Shown: positions 13,111-27,513 of the stretch, piece after piece
How the letters are laid out: each line of letters opens with the position of its first letter
Numbering within the stretch: position 1 is the stretch's first letter
Assembly (NCBI GenBank): GCA_951406725.2
Contig: OX597832.1
Location: forward strand, 20,460,001 to 20,524,000
DNA length: 64,000 nt
DNA from: Octopus vulgaris
Lineage: Eukaryota
Direction of reading: 5' to 3'
Made by a program: the position numbers and the translations under genes
Notes under the pieces: generated by a model
What the model was told of the DNA's origin: nothing
The model's input: only the letters and a program-made list of their open reading frames with translations
Databases searched by the model: none

Positions 13111-14446
13111 TATTATAAATGTATGTACGTACGTGCGTACATATGTATGTATGTATGTATCCGAAGTTTCATGCCTGTGCTGTCCGTATTCTACGAAAGA
13201 CATGTTCGTATCACATCACAACCCTCAGACACAACTAATTCATCTGAATTGGCCCCTACACAATTTAGTATGAAAAATGGCCTCATTTTATTTAATAAAC
13301 TATTCAGAAAAAACTTTCCACATAAACAAAATGCTGTAGTTATGTTATTAGTAAACAATATCAAAGTTTGTGGAGAAGAAATTTAACTCCTACATGGACC
13401 AGATTTTCATGAAACTGCCAATTTTTAATGCATGCCATGATTAACTGAAATTCATGCCCTGAAACGAGCCGATTTAAAACTGATAATTGATGGGTTATCA
13501 TTTAGAGTCAAGTTTAATTAATCCTATAAGATTAGCTCTGAAAAGATAGCTATCAACAAACCGATTTTTTTGCGTATTTATCATTTGAAGATTTCTTTTA
13601 GTTTCGCCCATACAGGCTAGAGCCCATTGGGTCCCTCTAACGTTCAAAAAGCTCCTGTAGGCCTTATAGGAATAAATACGCATTGTGTTTAAGCACTAAG
13701 AAATATAATACCATTTCAAGGGCATTAGAGCTTCTTTTTCATTTACTGTATTCAATGCAGTTGCAATAAATGAAAATAAATGCATCTATATTCGCCGAAT
13801 TATTCACAAACACTTTGAATACTAGCACAGAATACCCAGATGTTTTATTTTAATAAAATAAACACGAAATTATTTCATAATAACCGGATTTCATCTCTGA
13901 AGATGTGGATTAGACAAAATTATTAAACTAAATATCATATTAAAATCTATATAAAAGTATCTAAAAATCTATATATATAAATATATTTCGTATACATTGT
14001 TAAGATTTTAGCATGTGATACTCGTATGTTTCCTCTGGTGTGTGTGCTAGAAGATAATTCCGGTAGGAATAATGTGTAAATTGTTATATTGCCATAGGAA
14101 TAATTAATAAAACCAATTAAACGGTGTGAATTGACCTTCTGTTCTAAACTGTGAGTTTTAATGCAAAGTATTTTCTCTGTGGCTGCTATTAAAAATGTTT
14201 GAAGCATCGAAACAGCATAATTATATAGACAAGTGCATATACACATATACAAAACTTTAAATGGTGCAGACGTATCTGAGTGGCTAAGAAGCTTACTTTG
14301 CAACCACGTAGGTTCCGGTTCAATCCTACAGTGCATAATCTAGCAGAGATGTAATCTCTAGTACCCCACTTAGACCAACGTCTTGTAAATAGTAGAATCC
14401 AGTCGTGTATTTGGTACAAGTTTGTCATGTATATATTCTTTTATTC

Positions 14447-14839
14447 TGTTACTTGTTTCAGTCATTTCATTGCAGCCATGCTAGAGCACCAACTTCAGTC
14501 GAACAAAATCGACCCCAGAACTTATTCTTTATAAGCCTCGTACTTATGTCCATCGTTCTCTTTTGCCGAATCGCTAGGTTACGGGGGCGTAATTACACCA
14601 ACATCGGTAGTCAGTGATGATGGGAGACAAACACAGATACATAAACGCACACACACATACACACACATGCACGCACATATATATGACGGGCTTCTTTCAG
14701 TTTCCGTCTACCAAATCTACTCACAAGGCTTAGGTTGGCCTGAGGCTATAATAGAAGACAGTTACTGAATGTGCCACGCAGTGGGACTGAACCCAGAACT
14801 ATGTGGTAAGGAATCAAGCTTCTTGCCACAAAGTTACTC

Positions 14840-14842
<3 letters not shown>
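14447..14842 (-). mobile_element. SINE family A
   Basis: Reverse complement match to 7398-7822. Confidence 0.88.
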
Positions 14843-14906
<64 letters not shown>

Positions 14907-14914
14907 ATTCATAC

Positions 14915-14956
<42 letters not shown>

Positions 14957-16015
14957 CGACTGACAACAGAAGTTTTATTCGTTACATATAACTTAGCCTT
15001 TCGGGAAAGTTATACGGAAAACTTTGAAAAGATAATATGAGGGTGGATTTGCCCTATAAACCGTTCAAAGTGGTGCCCAAGCATTGATGCAGTTCATTGA
15101 CTGATAAATGTTGCATATATATAATAGTCTTAGATAAACATATGCAAATATATGCATATATATATACACATGCATAGAAGCACATACAAGTATGTGTATA
15201 TATGTATATGGTGCGTAATTTAACGCATCCGTTGTGTTATGTGATTGTCTATGTATGTGTTCATCTGAGTGTATGTTCGTGTGTGTGTATATGTCCGTTC
15301 TGTGTTTACTAAACATATGGCGTTAGAATATAATCATAAAATAAAACCGCGTTCAAATAAGAAATCGAACGTTGCGGTTAATAATCCGATTAAATTTTGT
15401 CTATTTTGTTTAAATATCTCCTTTGTAGAAGTGTTTTAACACTCCACCAAAACTAAAATTAAATAAAAGATCAAAAATGAAAGCAATAATTAAAAAAAAA
15501 ATAACCAACCAACCAGCCAACCAACTAATTAATTCACCAACCAACCAACCAGAAAAAAATTTAACAAATTTCCGCAGCCAATATATATATATTTTACTTG
15601 TACTAATTCATTAATTTAGTTATTTTTTTTGTTTTTATCGCTGTATATTTTAGCGATTTTGTATTTTTCTTTGTCTGAAATTTTATATATATACATATAT
15701 ATATATATGTATGTATATATATATATGTTTATGCGTTTTATTTTCTTTTTCTTTTGCATTTTTTCTATATTATTCTATCACATATTTATTGTTTTTATTA
15801 TTGTTGTTGCTGTTATTATTATTGTTGTTATTGTTGTTATTTCGGTATATTCATTTCATCATTGCACTTTGCATTCGGTTTTAATTAGTGAAACAATAAC
15901 AACAAAGTTAAATGTCAACTTCAAACAAGGGAATTTTTTTTTTTCGTTTTTGCTTTCTTTTTTTTGTTTTGTTTTTTAGTTGCAAAATAAAACATTTTTA
16001 CAAAAGAGGCAACGC

Positions 16016-16040
16016 TTATAGCCCCAGAGAACTAATGATA
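16016..16040 (-). CDS. Candidate coding part of a terminal exon (xIISSLGL*) of an unidentified gene
   Basis: Minus strand: branch-point-like TATTAAC (16156-16150), ~105-nt T-rich tract, TTTGCAG acceptor at 16041, then T ATC ATT AGT TCT CTG GGG CTA TAA and an AT-rich UTR-like stretch; frame unproven. Confidence 0.3.
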
Positions 16041-16521
16041 CTGCAAAAATAAAAAACAAAAAAACAACAACAGAAAAACAGACATACTCACATACACACA
16101 AAATAAACACACAAAAAAACAACAGAGAAGAAGGAAAGGAAAAAAAAAAGTTAATATGCTTATAGCTTTTTTTCCCGCGCCTCTAATACTTGATAACTTC
16201 GACCACAAGAAAGCGAAACCACCATAGCGATGAATTAAAATGGCGGATGGGACAGTGTTATTAAGGCAATCGATGAAACATGGACTAGAACAAACAAACC
16301 TTGTTAAAATAGATTTTCGAATTTCTCATGGATCTGCGGTTCAGTTTGCTACTTTGCTTTTTGTAACATTATTTTATTATAATTTATATTTGGTTATTTC
16401 ATTTATATATTTTTGTTTGTTTGTTTACATTGTGTGCGTTTACTAATATTCTCTTTCCTACATTTTTTTTTGCGAATTTACGTTATCTGTTTGCCATCTA
16501 TATTTTATTAAACACACACGC

Positions 16522-16641
<120 letters not shown>

Positions 16642-16666
16642 GTGTGAGAGTGTGTTTCTATGAGTG

Positions 16667-16697
<31 letters not shown>

Positions 16698-16895
16698 ATT
16701 TCTGTATATCTATGTACGTGTAAATATATCTGCATTATTACATTAGTACTCTTCGTATGATGTCAGGGTTTGTTTGTTGGGTTTTTTTCACTGGCCTTTG
16801 CTACTAATAAGATAAATGTTGTTACTCCTGTTTGCATCTTCATTGTATTTTGCACCCATTTATTATCATTATGGCTGTTGTTATTGTCATCATCA

Positions 16896-16955
<60 letters not shown>

Positions 16956-17483
16956 GTTCGTGTATTATTTTTTTACATTTGTGTGTATTGTTATGGATGA
17001 TGAAGTCGATAATGATGATGATGACCACGACGACGACGACGACGACTACGATGATGATGATGATGATAATGATAATTGTGATGATGGTGATGTTGGTTTT
17101 TATGTGTCTTTATATCTTCCGTGCCAGAGCTGTAAATGATTTAGCAAGTGGACCGTATCGTAACTAGTGTGCTGCAAGCTGTAACGGTTGGCCACTTGGC
17201 TTGGGCCAAAAGCCGCAGAAACACTGAGCTTGTCATACGGATGGACACACAAGAACGGCAATTAACTTCACTCTCACGCTCTTGCCCCCCCTCTCTCTCT
17301 CTTTAAGCATTTCTCTCTTTCAGTCTCTCTCTCTCTCTCTGTTGCCCGTTCACTATTTCCCGCTCCGGTTTTCTCCCCTCTTCTCTTTCTTTCGTCCTCT
17401 GATGCACTCCATTTCCAGTTAATTTTCATAATATCTTCAAATATAAACACACATGCACCCACAGCTCAAACACTCGCACACAC

Positions 17484-17530
<47 letters not shown>

Positions 17531-17600
17531 CAGAAAGATGCTAAGTAGACAGATGGATAACATATATATGTGTATATATATATGTATGTGTGTGTGTTTG

Positions 17601-17676
<76 letters not shown>

Positions 17677-17722
17677 TAGATAGATATATAGATGGATGGA
17701 TGGATGGATGGATGGATGGATG

Positions 17723-17764
<42 letters not shown>

Positions 17765-17938
17765 AAGTATGTTAATAAAAATAATGAAGTCAGCATAGAA
17801 AACATATACTCCAAAATAAAAAAAAAACTACAAAAACAACAAAATAAACAATAAACAAACGGCATCATCACCAATGAATAAGAACATTAGCAATTAACTT
17901 GACCATTTATCCGTAACTCCCATCGCCACATCGGTCTT

Positions 17939-17980
<42 letters not shown>

Positions 17981-18448
17981 TTTCTGTCTCATTTATTTTT
18001 TTACTGCTTTATCTTTTTTTATTGCTAATTTTTTTCATCCTTTCACTGTAATACTAAGAAATAAGAGGTATATGGGAAAATTGAATGAAAGACAGAGAGA
18101 CAGAGAGTGACAGAGAGTGACAGAGAGACAGAGATACAGAGGGTGTGAGTTAACCTTCACAAGTCAATTATAGATGTATAATATTAATATAGTTATAGCT
18201 ATACTAAGTTAAAATTCAAGCAATTGTAATAAATAACAGCGGATAAGTAACTAAATAGGAATACTAATAATGATGGTTTCAAATTTTGGCACAAGGCCAG
18301 CAATTTCATCGACCTCTGTGCTAAGCTGGTAATTATTAAAAACCCCTATACGATAAAAGACAAAGTCGTACCCGTTTACATTTAAACTCAGAACGTAAAA
18401 ACAGGAGAACTAGTAATACAAACAAGACTAATAATAATAGTAATGATG

Positions 18449-18516
<68 letters not shown>

Positions 18517-18576
18517 AATAATATAAATAAAAATAATAATAATAATGATGATGATAATAATAATAATAATAATAAC

Positions 18577-18677
<101 letters not shown>

Positions 18678-18729
18678 CAGTGATAATGATAATGATAATG
18701 AAAAAAATATATATATATTATTTTATTCT

Positions 18730-18930
18730 TTTATTTGTTTCAGTAATTTGACTGCGGCCATGCTAGAGCAACGCCTTTATTAGAACAAATGGAACCCAGG
18801 ACTTATTCATTCTAAGACTATTACTTATTCTATCGGTCACTATTGCCGAACCGCTAGCTAACGAGGACGGGAGCACATCAATATCGGCTGCCAAGTGATG
18901 GTGCGGGACAAACAGAGATACATAAACACG

Positions 18931-18980
<50 letters not shown>

Positions 18981-19187
18981 AACACACACATATACACACA
19001 CACACACACACATATATATATATCCGGCGGGTGTCTTTCAGGTTCCTTCCACATTGTCCATTCGAAAGACTTTGGTTATCCCGAAACTATAGCAGTAGAC
19101 ACTTGCCCAAGGTGCCACGCAGTGGGACTGAACCCCGAACCATGTGTTTGGTAAGCAAACTGCTTACCGCACAGCCACTCTTGCGCC
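18730..19187 (-). mobile_element. SINE family A
   Basis: Reverse complement match to family A with internal (CA)n. Confidence 0.88.
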
Positions 19188-21267
19188 TAATTGCTAAATT
19201 AGTTTAGAACTGAAGGTCAATTCGCTCTATTTAATAGGTTTTATTAATTATTTCTATGGCAATATAACAATTTACACATTATTCCTACCGGAATTATCTT
19301 CTAGCGCACACAAACACACACACATATAGAAAACGAAAATGCATTGAGAATTGTTAAAATCTCTTTTATTACATTTAAAATTGAACCGGTCTCCCAATTT
19401 AGAATGATTTTCAAAAAGTTGAAATAGGAACACGTGACTTATACTTTTCTATAAATTTCAACTATATATATATGTGTGTGTGTGTGTGTGTATGCATGAA
19501 TATATGCATCTACATGTATGTATTAAATGCATATATGCAAGCATGTATGGCCGTCTCTGAGTGTATTACTATATAAGTTAGAAATATTGTTGTACATATC
19601 AAATATTTCCTCAATCTTTGCACTGTGATATTTGTTGCTACGTCACAGTATCATACATCATAAAACCATATTACATATATCTACATGTGCGTGTGTAACT
19701 ATGTGTATGTGCTTACGAGGGTGTGTGTGTATGTGGATTAGCATGCGAGTATTTATGAGTATTTGTTTTTCTGTATGTGCCTGTGAACTTATGCTAATAA
19801 ATATGTACCTCTGAGTTCAATAGAATTAAAAAAATTTATTAATACAGGAGTCGGGTATAAATATTTATTGTAAAGCTCGGATTAAGTTCCATTTATACTC
19901 GGATTTTCACTGATATCTATTCTTACCTATCTTTGAATTAGTCTGTAATTTATGATATTTATAACAAAGTTATTTATATAGACAATCGTTAAAGAAAAAA
20001 AGGTTCTATAATAACACATATACAAACAAAACCGTGGCTGTGTCGTTAGAAGCTTGGTTCCCAGTCATATTATTTGTTTCGAATCTTGAAACAGGGCCAG
20101 CCTTTTTTAGCCGCAGGGATTAAGTCGATTACATCGACTCCTGTGTTTTTTTTTAGAACATATTTAACAAGCCCTGTAAGGAAGATTGTCAAAAATGACC
20201 TTACTAGAACTTGGAAGTCAAAGCGTAAATATGGACGAAATGCTACTATGTATTTTGACCGGGGCACTAATGGTTCTACCAGCTCAATGCCTTATATATG
20301 TATATGTTGCATTGTGAAATTTGTACAACCCTCCCGGTAAAAAAGTATATGAATCAGCTATAAGAAATAGGGCAGTAGCCGATTGTTAAGAGAGGCTCGA
20401 GAGTCCACGAGTTGATAGTTGAGAATTCTTGTCGGTATCTTGTGGAGCTATCAACGATAGTAAGACAGAAGAATTTGGTGTAATACTATACCTGTACGAA
20501 AAGATACAACGTTTTCTGATGTCTAGTAACTATTGTGGCTACTAGCGTAAAACAGCAACTACTATACAAAGGCAGTTATACACCACACCAGTGGAAGGAA
20601 CCCACTTTACAACAAAATATAATATTGCTATATATATATATATATATATATATATAGGAACAAAAGTGTGGTTAAAATTTACAACAGCTGTTTTGGTAGA
20701 GTTTTATTGATGCATTATTTGCCTCAGCGTCAAACCAGCATCCTGAGGTGAAATTTTAAACGTATACAAGCAGGCAGGGTAAAACTAAAAGATGATCTAA
20801 TCACCAACTGACATAAAGTACAAATGATATTTTAAATGAGAACGATTGAATTTAGAGGGAAAATGGACGCATAAACGGATATTCTAAGAGCAATGACGTG
20901 AAAGCTATGCTATTTTCCCAGATGTTACCTTAATTAGATTGTATTCATGACCTGTTGGGAAAAGCCAGCAGAGAACAGGTATGGTCATCCAAAACATATC
21001 TAGAAAGTTCAGTTAGATAAGAACTGAGATTTCGAGATAGAACGAGCTAAATTACCGCCATCAACCCGACATTAACATACTAATATAGCACATATAAACA
21101 TATACATTAGTTTATGATTATACATATGTATACACAATGCAAACACCTACGTTCACTCAATCAGTTTTGTATACATTCATATACGTGTGCATCAGCATAC
21201 ACACGCATACACACACATAATCGTATACACACACACACCTGCATATATGCGTTGAAAATCCACTCAG

Positions 21268-21331
<64 letters not shown>

Positions 21332-21542
21332 ATATATATATATCATACACACGTATGCAATAATACCTATATTTTTATATTTCTATGTATAAACACATAT
21401 AACAACATGCTCATCTCTGCCCATTTAGCAAGTGTGTGTATGTGTGGGTAAGCATATATACATATGTGTCCGCATATATGTAAATATATGTGTATGCGTG
21501 TATGTATGTATATATATATATATATATATAATATATATATAT

Positions 21543-21606
<64 letters not shown>

Positions 21607-21971
21607 CCTATTCCCTCTTATACATACAGTTGCATGCTCACCTGCACCAATATAACCATCTACACATATGCACACGGGCCCAGTTTACATATTTCGGTAT
21701 GATAGAGATAATAATCAAATTATGATATCAAAGGATAATACGAGGAAAAGATATAACAAAATTTTTGGAAATAATAAATAAATGAGAAACTTAGAGCTTG
21801 GAAGCCATAAGCTGAACCATCAAATATTTCACTATCTATGGACATAAAGATAAATGTTTCATTCTATAAATAAATATTAGAGGATGTTATTAGAGTTGGC
21901 TTTGGTAACTTGGAATTCTGTTTCTGATAGTATGTAAGCATTTCAATCTATATTACGGATATTACCTGCAC

Positions 21972-22263
21972 ATTTATATGAAGTGAAAAGTTATGGCCGG
22001 TCGGAATGTGACCACTGGTTTCGCACGTATAGAGCCCTGAGTAGTATATACGACTGGTCAGGTTCAAATGACCGAAGATAAATAATTTATCGCAACTAGG
22101 GAAGCAATATGTAGTGGTCAGTGCGTAGTTTTTCCTCCAATTCCGAGAGGCTATACGCATTCAGGCATTTGAATCGGCCGAGGAACGTATACTACTACGC
22201 GCTCTATAGGTGCGAAACTAATGGTCACTTTATGACCAGCCATAACTTTTAACTACATAAAAT
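21972..22263. mobile_element. Foldback / MITE-like element with ~97-bp diverged inverted arms
   Basis: 21972-22069 is the approximate reverse complement of 22167-22263 (tatactact..gctctata.gtgcgaaac...tggtcac...gacc.gccataactttt). Confidence 0.65.
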
Positions 22264-22318
22264 ATATTACAGCTCTAAGGCTTTAGCGTGTGCCTCTTTT
22301 TCGCGTATATGAAATAAT

Positions 22319-22379
<61 letters not shown>

Positions 22380-22422
22380 CATACACACACGTAAACAATT
22401 ACATAGACATATATACATACAG

Positions 22423-22454
<32 letters not shown>

Positions 22455-22814
22455 GCAATAATAATTCTCTAAAAGAGATATAGACAGTAACTGCTCGATA
22501 ACATAAGGGACTAAAGCCATCTGAATATGGCTATTTTGCTTGAAAATCTATATATGAATATCCTGCAGAGTGAGAATTCGTCGAGGAAGCGGAGGCCTAC
22601 CACACGCCGACGATAGGCAATACACCTTGAAACCATGGTCCGTGTGTGGTTTCCGCTTCATCGGGGAATTACCTCCCTTTGCAGGATAAGGACACCGTGA
22701 CGGTGTCGAGCCTTTCTGGTGACGTCGATGTTCGCCTGGGGCTAAATGCAACAGTAACACCCCCACCACCCTGCCCTGTCCCTAGCCATATTCAGATGGC
22801 TTTAGTCCCTTATG

Positions 22815-22818
<4 letters not shown>
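22455..22818 (+). mobile_element. Hammerhead-containing small element with inverted 5' arm, in (TA)n
   Basis: Perfect 36-bp inverted repeat 22498-22533 / 22783-22818; (TA)n on both flanks; internal HHR. Confidence 0.75.
22586..22659 (+). ncRNA. Type I hammerhead ribozyme motif (U4->C variant)
   Basis: gaagcggaggcc-tac-cacacg CCGACGA tagg caataca cctt GAAA CCATGG TC^ cgtgtg-t-ggtttccgcttc; long helix I, palindromic helix III; predicted site after 22640. Confidence 0.65.
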
Positions 22819-22856
<38 letters not shown>

Positions 22857-22986
22857 TGGCAGGGCTGGCCTTTGATATTAAAATTAATATTAATTTATCT
22901 CCCTCAATATTATATATATATATATATATATATATTAATACGTCTAAGAGTTTTTGTTCATCTTGATGCTGACATAAGTTCCTTGT

Positions 22987-23069
22987 TTTTCCTGATGAGA
23001 AGGCGGCATAATGCACCCCTTATTCCTTCGAAATTAGGAATATGCAGCCTTCGAAACATATGTCGAGAA
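22987..23069 (+). ncRNA. Type I hammerhead ribozyme with canonical core (Penelope-like pLTR type)
   Basis: ttttc CTGATGA GAAGGC...GCCTTC GAAA CATATG TC^ gagaa, overlapping AATAAA; predicted site after 23064; host element ~22935-23265 lies between TA tracts. Confidence 0.8.
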
Positions 23070-23414
23070 TAAAAGCATTTTGTTAAATCGTCGTTCAACT
23101 CCATTCTTTCATTTATTTATATTAAAAAAACACACAAATTTCCACACGAAAGCACGTGATCTCTGCCCTCGGCATGTAGCTTCAACCGTGTTTTTCTGAC
23201 GTGAATTTGCTACCCAGGTATCGGTTAACCGAATTATCCATACTAAGATAATTCATTCAACTACTTATATATATATATGTGGGCACAAGACTTCCCGAAA
23301 CGTGTACAACAAAGAAAAGCAAAGTGCGAGTACATGGAATATGAACTATTTGGGGGGGACAAGATGTAAGTATGTGCATATACGGATGTATATATGCATA
23401 TATATATGAAATTT

Positions 23415-23550
23415 ATTGAAATAAAAAAAGAAGTCAGGTGTGTGAACAACATGCGAACGTATTAATTTGAAGATCAGGAAAAACGGAAACGTATTATCCG
23501 CTTCGAGCCTAGGCTCTTCTACAGAAAGTTATAAGAGAAAAATAACAGAG
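23415..23550 (-). mobile_element. Decayed copy of HHR-like repeat family E
   Basis: ttcgagcctaggctcttctacagaaag matches 43144-43170. Confidence 0.55.
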
Positions 23551-23594
23551 ATTGAAAGAAACTTCTAGATTTCAGCGGTTTATATGTATGCATA

Positions 23595-23723
23595 CATAAT
23601 ACATACAAACTTAAAGCCATACATACATACGTACGTACATACATACATACATACATCCATACATACATACATACATACATACATACATACATACGTACGT
23701 ACATACATACGTACGTACATACA

Positions 23724-23757
<34 letters not shown>

Positions 23758-23923
23758 CGTACATACATACATACATACATACATACATACATACATACGT
23801 ACGTACATACATACATACATACATACATAAAGCCATACATATATACGTACATATATACATTAATACATACATACATACATATAAACATACATACATACAT
23901 ACATATAAACATACATACATACA

Positions 23924-23952
<29 letters not shown>
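23595..23952. repeat. (TACA)n tetranucleotide microsatellite
   Basis: Direct reading. Confidence 0.95.
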
Positions 23953-23954
<2 letters not shown>

Positions 23955-24616
23955 CTGACTTGAGTAGCAGTGTGTAGAATAACGATGAAGTAGCTTTCTT
24001 TGAAATAATAGGGGATAAAAATATATCACGTGTGCGGTATGATTGGCTAATTTTATGGATGCCATGAAGCTGGAAATGCCACAACTTAAATAAAAAAGAC
24101 TACAAAAATATCGTTTCCAAAGTGTTTTCAAAAACAATTATAGAATATTGTGTCATTTGATGTCAGTTATAAACATGAGCAGCATGACCGAATATCAAGC
24201 TAGTTTAATTTAACTCCTGTCGAAATCCGAATGCTTTGGCTTCGGAAGAATTGCTATTAGTCGAAAAAATTCTTGGTGCTACTGCTGTGAAACCAATTTG
24301 AGGTCCGAATGAAAGTAATATTTTATCGCATAGGTTGGCGTAATTAAAAATTACATTAGCTAGTGAAGTAAAACACCAAGGCATCATACCTGTACCCTAA
24401 TAAACAATCAGTCTCGTGCTTTAAAACACAAATCAATATTTCCAATTCAATTATTGATTTCCATTAGCATTGATACGTACGAATCCTATCTCAAAATATA
24501 TATAAAGAATTGCTAAAATGGAATTGAAAAAAAAGAAACAAATTCACATAGATATGAGAAAAAAGTAATACATAAACACACGAATATATTCAGTTTGTTG
24601 TCGATTCTCTAGTTCC

Positions 24617-24663
<47 letters not shown>

Positions 24664-25289
24664 ACACTTAAGCTTCCTATATATATATATATATAATACG
24701 TATTATATATATGCACTATGGGCATGTGTCTTTTGTATGACCATACAATAGCAATGATAAAAGCCTGTTTTATCGTCACATTTGAGTTGAAATGTTAAAA
24801 GCACACTATCAAATAGCAATAAGAATATTTTGACAAAAAATATTAATATAAATATATATATATGAATGCAAATGATTCATATGAGATGAGTTCTTTATAA
24901 GAAATCATTTAATACCCGATTTTTTATTATTATTATTCATTTCTTTTTTTAGAAAAAAATACATATTTGTGTGGATTCTTGTTGCTTTTGGTAAAACGTA
25001 AAAAAAACATAATCTTAATATAAATTCCGATATTTTTTTCTCTTTTTGATTTTATGTATTTTTTTTAAATTTTTGCGTTGATATTTCAATTTCGGAAAAT
25101 GCACACACACAAAAAAAAAAAGTAAATAGAATGTAATGATTTTGAGAAATAATCACTGTTAAAAAATAAAATTAAAAGAAAAAAATGTCAAATTGAAATC
25201 GAAACACTTTTTAAAATGTATGAACTACAACAATAAAAATAATGCATATTATAATACTGATAATATTAACAATAATAATAATAATAATC

Positions 25290-25392
<103 letters not shown>

Positions 25393-25523
25393 TGATAATG
25401 ATGATGAGGATGAAGATGGTGGTGGTGTTGATAATAAAAATAATAATGATAATAATAATGGTAATAATGATAAGAAAAACAACACCACCACCAACAATAA
25501 CAATATTTATATTACCATCATCA

Positions 25524-25609
<86 letters not shown>

Positions 25610-25617
25610 TATTATTA

Positions 25618-25694
<77 letters not shown>

Positions 25695-25997
25695 CATTAT
25701 CAATATTATTATTATTACTATAGCTTCATCATCGATAATAAATTTGGAACGAACATTCCTATTTTGGCTAAGAGTGCTGGTCATTATATTTTCAATTCTT
25801 TGAATGGCATTTTATAGACTATTAAATATATGCACACAAGTTATATTTCATTGATTTCGACGTGACTTCTCGAAAATAGTCATGAATATATAATGTGTTG
25901 TTTATATAAATACGAAAGATGGTATATCACAATTATTCCTATTTATTGCAGAAAAGAAATGGAACTGATTAGATTCAGACAATTATATATATAACAC

Positions 25998-26052
<55 letters not shown>

Positions 26053-26209
26053 TGTACGTATGCATAGTGGTGTGTGAAACACATACATACACAGACTCTA
26101 ACACACATGCACATATATATATGTACAGAAATTGATGCATATATAATTACGCATACATATATCTAAAATATAGATGTACTTACATATCTGTAAAAATATG
26201 TATGCATAC

Positions 26210-26257
<48 letters not shown>

Positions 26258-26286
26258 GTACATATTTGTAAATATATATATGTATG

Positions 26287-26322
<36 letters not shown>

Positions 26323-26589
26323 GCATGTATGTATATATATATATGTTCGTATTTATGTATCCTTTATGTGTGTGTATGTGTGTCTGTGTGTGAGTGTGTC
26401 TGTGTGTCTGTGTGCATAATGATTATTTTAAGATTAAAATAAAATATCGTACAATGCAATTTAATACAAACCAGAAATATAACAAATAAAATCATCGTTT
26501 ATAAATATGTATGTGTGTATGGGCATAATCATGCGAGTATGTATACGTACTGTCACTCTATACGTATGTATACATACATACATACGTAT

Positions 26590-26703
<114 letters not shown>

Positions 26704-27454
26704 GCATGTATGCAATTTCTTTTGTATATTAAAGAATAGATAGGGCTTTATTTAGCAATGACCAGTTGCGATAAGAATTCTTAATGTTCATTGGTTGATA
26801 GCATTCAAAGTGCCAATACGTCTTTTATAAGTATTTAATGCTAATTAAACATAAGTAAACAAAATCGGCAAGAATCTCTAGAAAGTTCTATACACAGTAG
26901 GACATAACTGTGATAAGAAAGTGCTTAAAAACTTTTGATAGCATTCATCATCGTGGTGGCCATCATAGCAATTCTACCCCCAACCCTATCTATCGGCGTC
27001 GGCGTCATGGTCGTCATCGTCGTCATCACCGACAGCCTCATCATTGTCACCGTCGATCCTCACCGTCAATCATCATCGTCGTCAACATAACAAACATCAT
27101 AATCATCATCATCATCTTCATCATCATCATCTTCATCATCATCATCATCGTCGGCATCAGAAACGTCATATTCATCGTCATCATCGTCATCATCGTCGTT
27201 GTCGTCACCATCACCACCACCATCATCATCATCATTTTCATTGAAGCTATTAATATTCCGATATCCATGTATGCATGTACACACGCATACATTATATACG
27301 TGTATATAAAATTATATATGTATATATCACAAATGTGTGTGTATATACAGAGACATAAATATATATGTATTTACATTCATGTACATATATCTATATTTCT
27401 CTCTCTCTATCTCGACCTATGTATCTATATATATACACCCCCCCCCACAAACAC

Positions 27455-27513
<59 letters not shown>

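Noticed and set aside
21995-22065. GAAACCAGTGGTC hammerhead-like half in the foldback arms
   Set aside because: Upstream box is CTGACCA, helix I does not pair, and the other arm lacks the core
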